Below are positions 1 through 8,290 of a DNA stretch of 27,851 bases, one piece after another (the first letter of the stretch is position 1; each line of letters begins with the position of its first letter). Origin of the DNA: a virus (Duplodnaviria; Caudoviricetes); the IMG/VR virus record IMGVR_UViG_3300025277_000118, positions 1 through 27,851 of that record; one strand, written 5' to 3'. A program made the translations under genes and the position numbers. Under the pieces are notes generated by a model. That model was not told the DNA's origin and ran no database searches. It worked only from the letters and a program-made list of their open reading frames with translations.

Positions 1-542
1 ATCATATTAGCAAGTGAACCAGCAGCTTTAACGGCCCATGGTTCTTCAGCTAGATTGTCATAGTCTTCTTGCTTCTGAAAAATAGGCTTCTTTGTATTGG
101 GGTCCAGCACACACAAACAAATTAGAGCATTAAATCGAGCATTATCAGCTTGCCCTTCTACACTATTGGTATCAAGGGCCGATCTTTCCGCAATTAACGA
201 TCTAAACTCACCACGCTGTTTACGCATAGACAAAGCAACTTCGCGGGCATCCTTAATGGGAATACCCCCCTTTTGTAGGGCTTCTCCTTTAGCGTTAATT
301 TCATCCAAAAGTTTATCGTATGCTTTTTGTTTAGCGTCATCCCAGATGCCTTGTTTTTCCATGTAATCAGTTAGCTTTTGTCTCAATAGAGCCCCAGATT
401 CAAGTGCCTCCCGAAAAGCTTTATTGTAGGCAGTCTGAGAATCTCTATAGATGTCTGGAGACGGTTTTACCACCAACACTGTAACCTCATTGCCCTTTAG
501 ATCTTTTCCTGTGATCACATCATCGTTCTTTTTTTTACTCAT
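1..542 (-). CDS. Putative tail assembly chaperone, truncated by the window edge (absent from ORF track)
   Basis: Hand translation from ATG at 542: MSKKKNDDVITGKDLKGNEVTVLVVKPSPDIYRDSQTAYNKAFREALESGALLRQKL..., open to base 1. GAGG RBS upstream; overlaps the stop of 535..903. Lies downstream of the major tail gene and resembles 905..1945. Function inferred from position. Confidence 0.6.
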   Translation of the reverse strand, partial: MSKKKNDDVITGKDLKGNEVTVLVVKPSPDIYRDSQTAYNKAFREALESGALLRQKLTDYMEKQGIWDDAKQKAYDKLLDEINAKGEALQKGGIPIKDAREVALSMRKQRGEFRSLIAERSALDTNSVEGQADNARFNALICLCVLDPNTKKPIFQKQEDYDNLAEEPWAVKAAGSLANM

Positions 543-903
543 GTTCCTCACCCCTTTTAATCATAGGTAAACTAATACTATTTTTCTTCCAAGTTATTTC
601 ATAACTAGCAAATTCTGATTCCAAGTTCCTTATTTGAGTATTTCCTCTGTCCAGTATCTTAGATCGGGCCTCCTCGAAAATAGTTTTCATGTGTTGTTGT
701 TCTGGGGTTAGCTCTTCACTTTGTTCGAATCCCCACAAAAAACCAAAGTGTTCTTCTAGTGTAGAAAGTGCCCCAATCATGGTAGTTTGCACTTTCTTTT
801 TTGCAACATTAAATAGTCTATCTCTAGATATTTCCTTATATTTTTCATCTCTTTTTTTCTTATAGTCTAAAGACACCTTTAACAATTTATTATAATCGTC
901 CAT
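535..903 (-). CDS. Hypothetical protein (122 aa, helical) in tail assembly region
   Basis: ORF tightly packed between neighbours; no recognisable motif. Confidence 0.6.
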   Translation of the reverse strand: MDDYNKLLKVSLDYKKKRDEKYKEISRDRLFNVAKKKVQTTMIGALSTLEEHFGFLWGFEQSEELTPEQQHMKTIFEEARSKILDRGNTQIRNLESEFASYEITWKKNSISLPMIKRGEEHE

Positions 904-904
904 T

Positions 905-1945
905 TTATTTCCCCTTGATTGTATCCATGCCTGCCCTATTTGCAGCTACGTGCTTAGCTAGTTTCATGTCTGGCATGTCAACATGTTTCACAGAGCCTTC
1001 CGTATGAAGTACTGCATCTCGACTTTGAATAACATTCTTACCATAAGCTGAATTGAGACCCGTAATATTATCTGCTTCTTCTTGAGACCCAGCCATAAGG
1101 TAAATTTCCTGCGAGGCAGCTATCTTTGGATTTTTAATTAAATCGTCCACTTCTCGCTCCTTTTTATCTCGGTCATATTTACGTCTTTGTACAATAAACC
1201 AACCATCTAAACAGTCATCATCATCAATTATTTTTTCATCTGGAGACTCGTGACTTTCATAAGCGCTATCATACATACCACTATAAGAACAAAGTGCCAA
1301 TTGGTCTTTAGTTAGTTCTACAGCGGGTCTACCAAAAACATCTGACTGTTTCTTACCGTTCGCCCACATAGATCTCCAAGGGTCATTTCTTGCTATCTTT
1401 CTATATGTTTCAGAAGATATTACATTATCTTCATAGTGTTTAACCAAATGAGCAATAGAAAGATCTTTCCAATCATATGGCTCCCCATCCTCATAAAACA
1501 CAGACTTAGATATTATCCAGTTCCACCTAGTATAATTACCAACTCCATCACAGGAAACATAGTCAAGAATGTGTTTTTTACTTCTTGCAACAGCTAACTT
1601 TTTTTCTATCGTTTTAATATATCTTTTAATTCCAACCAGCTCTTTCTTTCTATAGAAACTTCTAAAAGCCATTACTTTTAAATCTTCTATTTGTGTTTCT
1701 AAATCGTCACCTTCACGGTCATCAAAGGGGCTCCATAATCGTTGCTCCATTAATACCTGTTTAATTTCATCCTTAACATACACCCCCCTAAAATAAGCGT
1801 GTTGATAGGCTTCATCGTATATCTCAAAAGAATCATATAACAACTCTTGAGAAGGCTCCTTAATAAATAAAACGAGATCGTCACGCCGAAAGCGCAGACG
1901 ACCTCGTAATATACGATATAGTGTTTTTTGAAAAAATATATCCAT
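905..1945 (-). CDS. Putative tail assembly chaperone-like protein (346 aa)
   Basis: Directly follows the major tail gene; charged helical protein; N-terminal half resembles the ORF starting at 542. Confidence 0.5.
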   Translation of the reverse strand: MDIFFQKTLYRILRGRLRFRRDDLVLFIKEPSQELLYDSFEIYDEAYQHAYFRGVYVKDEIKQVLMEQRLWSPFDDREGDDLETQIEDLKVMAFRSFYRKKELVGIKRYIKTIEKKLAVARSKKHILDYVSCDGVGNYTRWNWIISKSVFYEDGEPYDWKDLSIAHLVKHYEDNVISSETYRKIARNDPWRSMWANGKKQSDVFGRPAVELTKDQLALCSYSGMYDSAYESHESPDEKIIDDDDCLDGWFIVQRRKYDRDKKEREVDDLIKNPKIAASQEIYLMAGSQEEADNITGLNSAYGKNVIQSRDAVLHTEGSVKHVDMPDMKLAKHVAANRAGMDTIKGK

Positions 1946-2039
1946 CCTTTATCCTATATGGCTACTCACTTGCTAGAATATGGTCCCAATTAACTAGCTA
2001 ACGCAAATAGATTAACCACCACCGTGCTATCGGGATCTA

Positions 2040-3071
2040 TTACGGTCCACCCTGCACAGTAAAATCATTAAAGTTAGAGTATGCATAAGTGACTGTTGCG
2101 TTTCCACCACCAGTATCGCCACCAGTATAGGAAACAGAAGAAAGCTTATTAGCTGTACCCAGATTCAATACAGTACCAGCTTGATCAAGAATAATAATAG
2201 TTTCACTAGATAGGTTTTCAGCCGTACCAGACACACTAACTAAGTCACCAGAAGTTGACATCACTTCAAATTCACAAGTTACTTCGACTGGGAAAGAGGC
2301 ATACTTAGCATATGGTCCAAATCGACCTAATTCTGAAATATTCTCAGTACCAAAATCAGTACTAACTGTAACACTTTGAATATGACGGCCTTCCGATAAG
2401 ACAGCACCGGGAAGAGCGGGATCATAACCCTGACTTTCAACAATCGCAGGAAGAGTGGAATTTTTAATATCCACATTCACCCGTCGCACAACACCAGAAA
2501 CTGGCGTATCACTTCCAGTAATACCTGTAACCAAGCCGTCTGGCCAGTTAGTACTAGCAGCACTACCAATGGTAGTTCCACCCGTTACCGCATTCCAAAA
2601 TCTATCATTTCCAGCGAAACTAACAGATTCAGTAGCTGAACCATCCACGGGATATGTATAACTTACAGAGTTAACATACATACCAGAGTTCATGACCACA
2701 CTTTGTTTGTTAGTAGAAGCTACTTGAGATGCAGCATCACTATAGATGGCCAAATAAACATCTGTTCTTTCCTTGGTAGCACCCACGAGATCGGTCTTTC
2801 CAACGTCATTACTACCCATGAGATAAAGAAGTTTTTCGCCGTCGATAACCTTCTCGACGGTAACTTCAACATCCACAACACCTTCAATATTCTCATAAAT
2901 CTGAATTTGACCAAATTCAAACACTTGTTCTAGATTGAAACTACTAGTCATACCCACACTTTGAACACCCTTAGCAACCATTGCTGTCGTTAGAGTGGTG
3001 GTACCGGTAGGAGCAATCGCTACTGCTTGACAGGCATAAAATATCCTGTCGTTTTTTGAGGATTGAGCCAT
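2040..3071 (-). CDS. Major tail (tube) protein
   Basis: 343 aa, S/T/G/V-rich beta protein with two internal repeats (GVQSVGMTSSFNLEQVFEFGQ / HIQSVTVSTDFGTENISELGR). Strong AAGGAG RBS; follows the neck genes. Confidence 0.75.
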   Translation of the reverse strand: MAQSSKNDRIFYACQAVAIAPTGTTTLTTAMVAKGVQSVGMTSSFNLEQVFEFGQIQIYENIEGVVDVEVTVEKVIDGEKLLYLMGSNDVGKTDLVGATKERTDVYLAIYSDAASQVASTNKQSVVMNSGMYVNSVSYTYPVDGSATESVSFAGNDRFWNAVTGGTTIGSAASTNWPDGLVTGITGSDTPVSGVVRRVNVDIKNSTLPAIVESQGYDPALPGAVLSEGRHIQSVTVSTDFGTENISELGRFGPYAKYASFPVEVTCEFEVMSTSGDLVSVSGTAENLSSETIIILDQAGTVLNLGTANKLSSVSYTGGDTGGGNATVTYAYSNFNDFTVQGGP

Positions 3072-3121
3072 TTATGTTCTCCTTTATTTAGGAATAAATA
3101 TCCTATCTGGTTTAGGCACTT

Positions 3122-3137
3122 TTATATACACAAAATT
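3122..3137 (-). promoter_or_regulatory. Candidate late promoter (TTTTGTGTATATAA) upstream of major tail gene
   Basis: One of six intergenic copies of T-rich-GTGTAT. Confidence 0.6.
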
Positions 3138-3141
3138 TTCA

Positions 3142-4104
3142 TTATATTGCTTTAACTTGTGTCCCACATTTGATAGTCCCTACATATAAATCTGGAGACA
3201 ACTGAGTAATCCCTTGAGCGGCTGTATTTGATATCCAACACCTCCTATATCTATGGTTATCCACCAATTGGGGATATAGCCCACTAGGAAGAGCGTTCTC
3301 ATTTAACTCATTACGATAATTAAATGGATAAACTCCCGACATAGCCACCTTGTTGGTGTCAAATAACCAAAGAGTTCTATCGTTTTGGTAGCCAATTTGG
3401 TCTACAATATTAGCGCATTCCCAGTGGTTTTTGGTAACGACATAAAATAACACTTCATTATTAACCCACTGGCCACCCCCTAATTGATATCCTTCAAAAC
3501 TTCTGGGTGGTATAACTTCTACAGCTAAAGCGGGTAGCTGTACTCGCGTCTGTCCCAACTGAGCCCAATCTCCAGAGCCAAACTGAGAAAATGTTCCATT
3601 ATCTAATCTAAAAGATCCCTGTTGTATTTCGTGAAACCATGGCACACCTTCAGCAGGAATAGTTTGTACCCATTTATGGCTATATTCTAGCTGAACCGTA
3701 CTTGCACTAGAAACGGCAGTATCAAAAACAACTCTACCATTTGGATAATCCACAAAAAAGGGCTGTTCTATATTCCCCGTTGCCCGATAAGTACTATCTA
3801 TAAAAACGCCCGAAATACGTATGGGTTGTTCAGTAGTTGCGCTTATACCCGTTTCCCATACCCAATTCTGTCTATATCCTTCCCACACCTGACCCTTAGT
3901 ATAGTTAGGATCATCCACCAATCTCAAATTACTTTTTATACCCCCATACAAACCTGAAGAAGGTATATTGATATTATAAAAGGCCCCCTTATCTAGGAAA
4001 CCCCAGTCATAAAAGGTAAGGAAATTTTCTAGCAGGATGTTAGATAATGTAGCATCCTGTGTATTAAAAATCCCTCGTAAGTGTTTAAAAGCGTCGTCTG
4101 GCAT
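3142..4104 (-). CDS. Virion neck / tail terminator-like protein (320 aa)
   Basis: Immediately upstream of the tail tube gene; C-terminal 'QLPALAVE...YQLGGG' segment resembles tail completion proteins; inferred from gene order. Confidence 0.5.
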   Translation of the reverse strand: MPDDAFKHLRGIFNTQDATLSNILLENFLTFYDWGFLDKGAFYNINIPSSGLYGGIKSNLRLVDDPNYTKGQVWEGYRQNWVWETGISATTEQPIRISGVFIDSTYRATGNIEQPFFVDYPNGRVVFDTAVSSASTVQLEYSHKWVQTIPAEGVPWFHEIQQGSFRLDNGTFSQFGSGDWAQLGQTRVQLPALAVEVIPPRSFEGYQLGGGQWVNNEVLFYVVTKNHWECANIVDQIGYQNDRTLWLFDTNKVAMSGVYPFNYRNELNENALPSGLYPQLVDNHRYRRCWISNTAAQGITQLSPDLYVGTIKCGTQVKAI

Positions 4105-4727
4105 TAGAAACTCTTCTCTATGGCATCGATTATTAGTAATTTATATTCATCAACAGCTCTGGTAATAAAATTGTTATCCAGTGTTCCTGAATGGTTAGTA
4201 TTAACTTTAAACGGTCTTTTTTCCTCCACCATTCTTCCACCGCCGCTTCTACCATAAGGTCCATATTCTACACCAAAATTAGCAATGATAATTGCATCTC
4301 CTGAAACAAGCAACCAATCCAACCATGGCATTATGCCACCTTTAATTACTTGGCCCCCAATCGCAGGACTTGTTGTTAAAAGAGAGTAATCAGTTGGTTG
4401 TACTGTTAACATCAATCCACCCTTAATAGAGCTTCCTACTGCGCTCAAACGAGTAGTTCTTACTTCAACTGAGTTTACAATAGTATCAATAATAGCGGGC
4501 GTTGGATCTCTAGTTAAACCAAAATCAGCTTTCAAAACACCCTGACGTAATGATTCTATTGTCCGACTAGCGTTTAACGCTTTTCTAACTACCGGTTTAA
4601 CATTGTTAACTATATTGTTCTTTACGCTATTCAAAATTTTATTTGCTTCTTTTACCAAGGCGTGCAATATCATCTTCTCTATTTGAGAATCACTTTCAAG
4701 TATATTTATAGTAACATTACTAACCAT
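4104..4727 (-). CDS. Putative neck / tail completion protein (207 aa)
   Basis: Start moved from 4799 to ATG 4727 (MVSNVTINILESD), which overlaps the upstream stop by 8 nt. C-terminal 'GTLDNNFITRA' resembles HK97 gp10-like proteins. Confidence 0.5.
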   Translation of the reverse strand: MVSNVTINILESDSQIEKMILHALVKEANKILNSVKNNIVNNVKPVVRKALNASRTIESLRQGVLKADFGLTRDPTPAIIDTIVNSVEVRTTRLSAVGSSIKGGLMLTVQPTDYSLLTTSPAIGGQVIKGGIMPWLDWLLVSGDAIIIANFGVEYGPYGRSGGGRMVEEKRPFKVNTNHSGTLDNNFITRAVDEYKLLIIDAIEKSF

Positions 4728-5232
4728 CTGTTCTGGTCCAAAAAGTAACAACATATTTGGTAGTGTTTTGCTTAAATCCTTGTGGATATGACATCCCATC
4801 TCTTTCGTATTTCAAACTGTGATAACTTTCCATCGTATCATAGTTGGGCATCAAATACTTGGCCTTTTCTATTTTAGCCAAATCGTCCATATAGGCAATC
4901 GTTTGAATAGACCCTTCGGGAATATCAAGCGGAATACCAATATCTACCCACCCTTTTCTATTCCAATATATTCTTAATGTAATATCTTCAGTAGCCTCTA
5001 TTACCTTATACCCCTTACCATTACAATAGGGGCACGGCATACCTCTTTCAAAGGGATAGGGGCCACCAGTCCTATATCTACTTATAGACCTATTACGAGT
5101 GCCCATCGTGTCCATATAACAGTTTGGGCATTGTTCTCGCTTTTCTGGATATACTAATGTGGCAGTTCTGGTAAATAGCAAAACCGCCTCATTGTATGTC
5201 TTAAACACAGAAGCTGGTATATTAATGGCCAT
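4720..5232 (-). CDS. Putative head-closure/neck protein with CxxC...CxxC zinc site
   Basis: CPNC and CPYCNGKG motifs; positioned after the head-tail adaptor. Confidence 0.5.
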   Translation of the reverse strand: MAINIPASVFKTYNEAVLLFTRTATLVYPEKREQCPNCYMDTMGTRNRSISRYRTGGPYPFERGMPCPYCNGKGYKVIEATEDITLRIYWNRKGWVDIGIPLDIPEGSIQTIAYMDDLAKIEKAKYLMPNYDTMESYHSLKYERDGMSYPQGFKQNTTKYVVTFWTRTDG

Positions 5233-5243
5233 TAGTCACCTTT

Positions 5244-5495
5244 CTACGGATTAACAGCAACCCCCGAAGGAGAGTTGGGCCAGTAGGCGTTTACAAGAGT
5301 AAACCGGCTATCATTTTTTGCATTAGTTACAGCAATAGTTTGATCAAACTGAGAAGGTGTAAGGGGCGGAAAGGGACTAAGAGTATAACTAATTTTATTA
5401 GCGGCGGTGAGACCGCGTGCGCCAGCTATACTAACAATTCCCTGAGCGCCATTAGGTTGAGCATTGCCACCTATAATTTTTTGTACAACTGCCAT
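5244..5495 (-). CDS. Small hypothetical virion protein (83 aa)
   Basis: AAGGAG RBS; fills the gap between neck genes. Confidence 0.6.
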   Translation of the reverse strand: MAVVQKIIGGNAQPNGAQGIVSIAGARGLTAANKISYTLSPFPPLTPSQFDQTIAVTNAKNDSRFTLVNAYWPNSPSGVAVNP

Positions 5496-5507
5496 TATTA
5501 TCTCCTT

Positions 5508-6008
5508 TTATTCGAATAAACCATAACGGTATCCAGACCAATTACCCCGCACCACCATACTTCCGGGGCTATAAGGACTAAGAACCGCTTGGCCTACAAG
5601 GGTATTATTAACTCTGTATAGATTGATGAGTTCCTCGTATTTAGCGCATAGATCTTTGTATAGGGTATTTAAACTTGCACTAACTCCCCTTAAATCTATA
5701 GCGGAAGGCCCATCTTTAATAGAAATCGCATTTGCGGATTCTGTCTTAACTTCGCTACCAATCATAATACAAGATGTTTTATAAACTGTTAACACAGCAA
5801 AATCAGTATCTTTTTTTCCGATTGGATCAGGACTGATAGAATTAGCCGCCACATCTACGGTATAATCATTAGCAAAATCAGCATCGTTATTAACGTGATA
5901 AGCCCCTACAACGAGAATTTGTTTAATTCTTTCATCAGTATACTTGGATTTATCTAGATCTCCTATGAGGGACCTTACCATGAGAGTTAAATCTACTGGC
6001 CACGGCAT
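5508..6008 (-). CDS. Head-tail adaptor/connector protein
   Basis: 'VRSLIGDLD...YTDERI' N-terminus and 'ISIKDGPSAI' beta-hairpin typical of adaptor proteins; GGAG RBS. Confidence 0.6.
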   Translation of the reverse strand: MPWPVDLTLMVRSLIGDLDKSKYTDERIKQILVVGAYHVNNDADFANDYTVDVAANSISPDPIGKKDTDFAVLTVYKTSCIMIGSEVKTESANAISIKDGPSAIDLRGVSASLNTLYKDLCAKYEELINLYRVNNTLVGQAVLSPYSPGSMVVRGNWSGYRYGLFE

Positions 6009-6019
6009 GTGAATCTCCC

Positions 6020-6346
6020 TTATAGATTTTCATATACTTTAAAAGATCCTACATCAGTTTTCCAAGTGCCATCTCCACTAACTATTTTGGACTGTATATT
6101 CCAAGTTCCCCCCACATTCAAATCGCCATCTACCGTTGTATATTGCATTTGTCCATCAGAACCATCTGTAGTAAATGTTGCTGTTTTGGTTAATAAATCA
6201 CCATCGGACTTGCGAAATATAATCTGAATAGTAGTTGCGGCACTTATGTCTAAAACAGAAGAAGTACCCGCAGAATCCGTATCATACACGGTAATTCTAA
6301 AGACAGTACCAATATCGTTTAGATGTGCTTCTTCTATGTAGACCAT
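6020..6346 (-). CDS. BppU N-terminal-like beta-sandwich virion protein (108 aa)
   Basis: 'DISAATTIQIIFRKSDG...DGQMQYTTVDGDLNVGGTWNIQ' pattern resembles BppU-like domains. Confidence 0.55.
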   Translation of the reverse strand: MVYIEEAHLNDIGTVFRITVYDTDSAGTSSVLDISAATTIQIIFRKSDGDLLTKTATFTTDGSDGQMQYTTVDGDLNVGGTWNIQSKIVSGDGTWKTDVGSFKVYENL

Positions 6347-6377
6347 ATTTGTACCCTATATAAAACTGTCATCATAA

Positions 6378-6394
6378 CTTAATACACATAAAAA
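6378..6394 (-). promoter_or_regulatory. Candidate late promoter (TTTTATGTGTATTAA) upstream of neck operon
   Basis: Intergenic copy of the GTGTAT motif. Confidence 0.6.
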
Positions 6395-6399
6395 CGTTG

Positions 6400-7284
6400 C
6401 TAGTCCATAAAAAGTAAAAACGACTTGCCAGTTTTAGCTGCCGCCGCTACCGCTGGTCTCCAAAGGTGTCGTGTAGGCAATGCAAGCGAGCCGTACCCGC
6501 CGCCGCGTGTCTCTTGATAAAGTTGCGCGATCTCCGGCGCACTGAGCGCCCGCTTCCAAACACGCGTGTCGTCGATATCCGCCTGCGCATAGTGCCTTTG
6601 CGCCGAATGGCCGTCGGGATTCGCGCCGAGAATTAGCGGATAATTATCCTCGACCACGTTGCTGCCCCATCCCGTTGCAGTTGCAGTTAGCACGCCGTCA
6701 AAATATGTTTTGGCTGTGCCTGAATCGTAGGTGCATGTTGCCATCACCCACCGCTGCACGTTGACGCCAGCAATGTCCACGCCGCTATCCAATTCGCGCT
6801 TGCCCGGATTTCCGCCGGGATCGGTGACCATTAGGAAAACCCAGTTTCCTGCCCCGATGCGTCGCTGGGTGCCGAATGCGGGATAAGTTTCGTCGGACAG
6901 TTTCGAAAACGGATTTTCGTGGTCGGCCGCTGATGTGTCCCGAAAAAATAGCCATTGCGAAAACGTCAATTGCGAGACGCCGTTGAAATCGAAGTTATTT
7001 CCGGCGTCCCCCTTGAAACAATCATCGTTGCCGATTTCGCCATTTTTCCACCCGAGTCGCTCGCCGTTGCCGCGCCACGCACTAGCATCGAAAGAACTTG
7101 TTCCGATGTATCCTAAATCAGTACCGTTTCCACTCGCATCCCTCCAGCGCGGCTGCCCCCATGTGGCAACACGATTCGCCGCCGGCCACCATCCCACAAG
7201 ACCACGAGCGAACATACTGCCATAATTCATGCGAATCGTAGTAGTAGATTTAAGAGGAGGAGTTGTTGGAGAATAAGCTAACAT
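6400..7284 (-). CDS. LamG / concanavalin A-like lectin domain protein (294 aa)
   Basis: GLVGWW, DASGNG, TFSQW, W..ATCTYDSGTAKTYFDG and IDDTRVWKRALSAPEIAQLY are the hallmark LamG-like motifs. Confidence 0.85.
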   Translation of the reverse strand: MLAYSPTTPPLKSTTTIRMNYGSMFARGLVGWWPAANRVATWGQPRWRDASGNGTDLGYIGTSSFDASAWRGNGERLGWKNGEIGNDDCFKGDAGNNFDFNGVSQLTFSQWLFFRDTSAADHENPFSKLSDETYPAFGTQRRIGAGNWVFLMVTDPGGNPGKRELDSGVDIAGVNVQRWVMATCTYDSGTAKTYFDGVLTATATGWGSNVVEDNYPLILGANPDGHSAQRHYAQADIDDTRVWKRALSAPEIAQLYQETRGGGYGSLALPTRHLWRPAVAAAAKTGKSFLLFMD

Positions 7285-7784
7285 TAGCCTGAAGTCCCAT
7301 ATACTGGAGTAACATAAATAGCCTGATCAGACCCTGTTGAATTAAGATTTACAGCTGTGTCATGTACTACAAAAACACCAAATTTCTTAGGAAGAGATCC
7401 TCCATATAAAGCCGCAATAGAGACAGGGGCAAAATAATAAGAGATATCTGAAGTAGCGATAGTAGCCATGGAAATAGCTAATACCAAAGATGAGTCTCGA
7501 ACTTGCGCATTTGTTATGGTTTTATTAGAATCTGTACCAGTTAAAACATCAGGATAAGTACTATCTTCCATTAATGCATAAACATAAATATTTATACTTT
7601 TTCCCGTCGTCGGACTAGTACCAGTAGTGACTTTGCCTGATAGTAAATAATCTAAATATAAATTTGAAGTATTATCTATTGCGGTACTTTCGCGCCCAGC
7701 CAATAAATTGGTATCGGACGCAAGTGAAGCTAATGTAATTGTTAAAGCAGCAGATGATCCATAAGCGATTTTTTGATCAGCCAT
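7284..7784 (-). CDS. Hypothetical virion beta-protein (166 aa)
   Basis: S/T-rich; overlaps both neighbours by 1 nt; AGGAGG RBS. Confidence 0.65.
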   Translation of the reverse strand: MADQKIAYGSSAALTITLASLASDTNLLAGRESTAIDNTSNLYLDYLLSGKVTTGTSPTTGKSINIYVYALMEDSTYPDVLTGTDSNKTITNAQVRDSSLVLAISMATIATSDISYYFAPVSIAALYGGSLPKKFGVFVVHDTAVNLNSTGSDQAIYVTPVYGTSG

Positions 7785-8281
7785 TATATATTCCTCCTAG
7801 CATTAATAACCCATCCGATACCAACCTCTCCAATACCTAATTCGCGTGCTCGACTAATATCAGGAGAGGAAGCCATTGCGATTAATTCATCGCGTTCTGT
7901 AGTTGCTAAAACTAGAGCATCGACAAGGGCGTCAATTAAGGCACTATATTCGTCAATATCAAGCGTTGACGACTCACGATTCAGTAATACTTGAGCAGCA
8001 CTAGCCACTCCAGCAACCGCATCGGAAACACCTGCATAGGCTCCTGTTTGAGACGCAGCATTAGCAATGCGATGATTGCGAGCCTTTTCCGAAGGTAATC
8101 CGGCAGTACTGGCCCCACTAGCACTCCATCCTAAAAGATCACCAGAACTTATAGAATGATGAGGGGCTGGACGATTTTTTTCATTTAAGGAATCTGCTAC
8201 TTGTTGATTATCCATTGCCGCATATCCACGCTGAAGAGGATCGGTCTCCAATTCAACCCGTACTGTTTCAATAGGATTCAT
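7784..8281 (-). CDS. Hypothetical phage protein (165 aa), possibly fibre-associated
   Basis: AGGAG RBS; directly follows the giant fibre gene. Confidence 0.65.
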   Translation of the reverse strand: MNPIETVRVELETDPLQRGYAAMDNQQVADSLNEKNRPAPHHSISSGDLLGWSASGASTAGLPSEKARNHRIANAASQTGAYAGVSDAVAGVASAAQVLLNRESSTLDIDEYSALIDALVDALVLATTERDELIAMASSPDISRARELGIGEVGIGWVINARRNI

Positions 8282-8290
8282 ATTTTTCTC

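Noticed and set aside
529-542. A8G run as a programmed frameshift fusing 535..903 to the downstream ORF
   Set aside because: The run overlaps and follows the upstream TAA, and the downstream ORF has its own RBS and ATG; translational coupling is simpler.
4728-4799. Extended N-termini called by the ORF track (also at 15789, 17424, 18910, 26834)
   Set aside because: Downstream ATGs have better RBS or coupling and avoid long overlaps with genes and regulatory sites.
6400-7284. Diversity-generating retroelement target
   Set aside because: No reverse transcriptase and no near-identical template repeat differing at adenines in the window; the fold is LamG, not C-type lectin.
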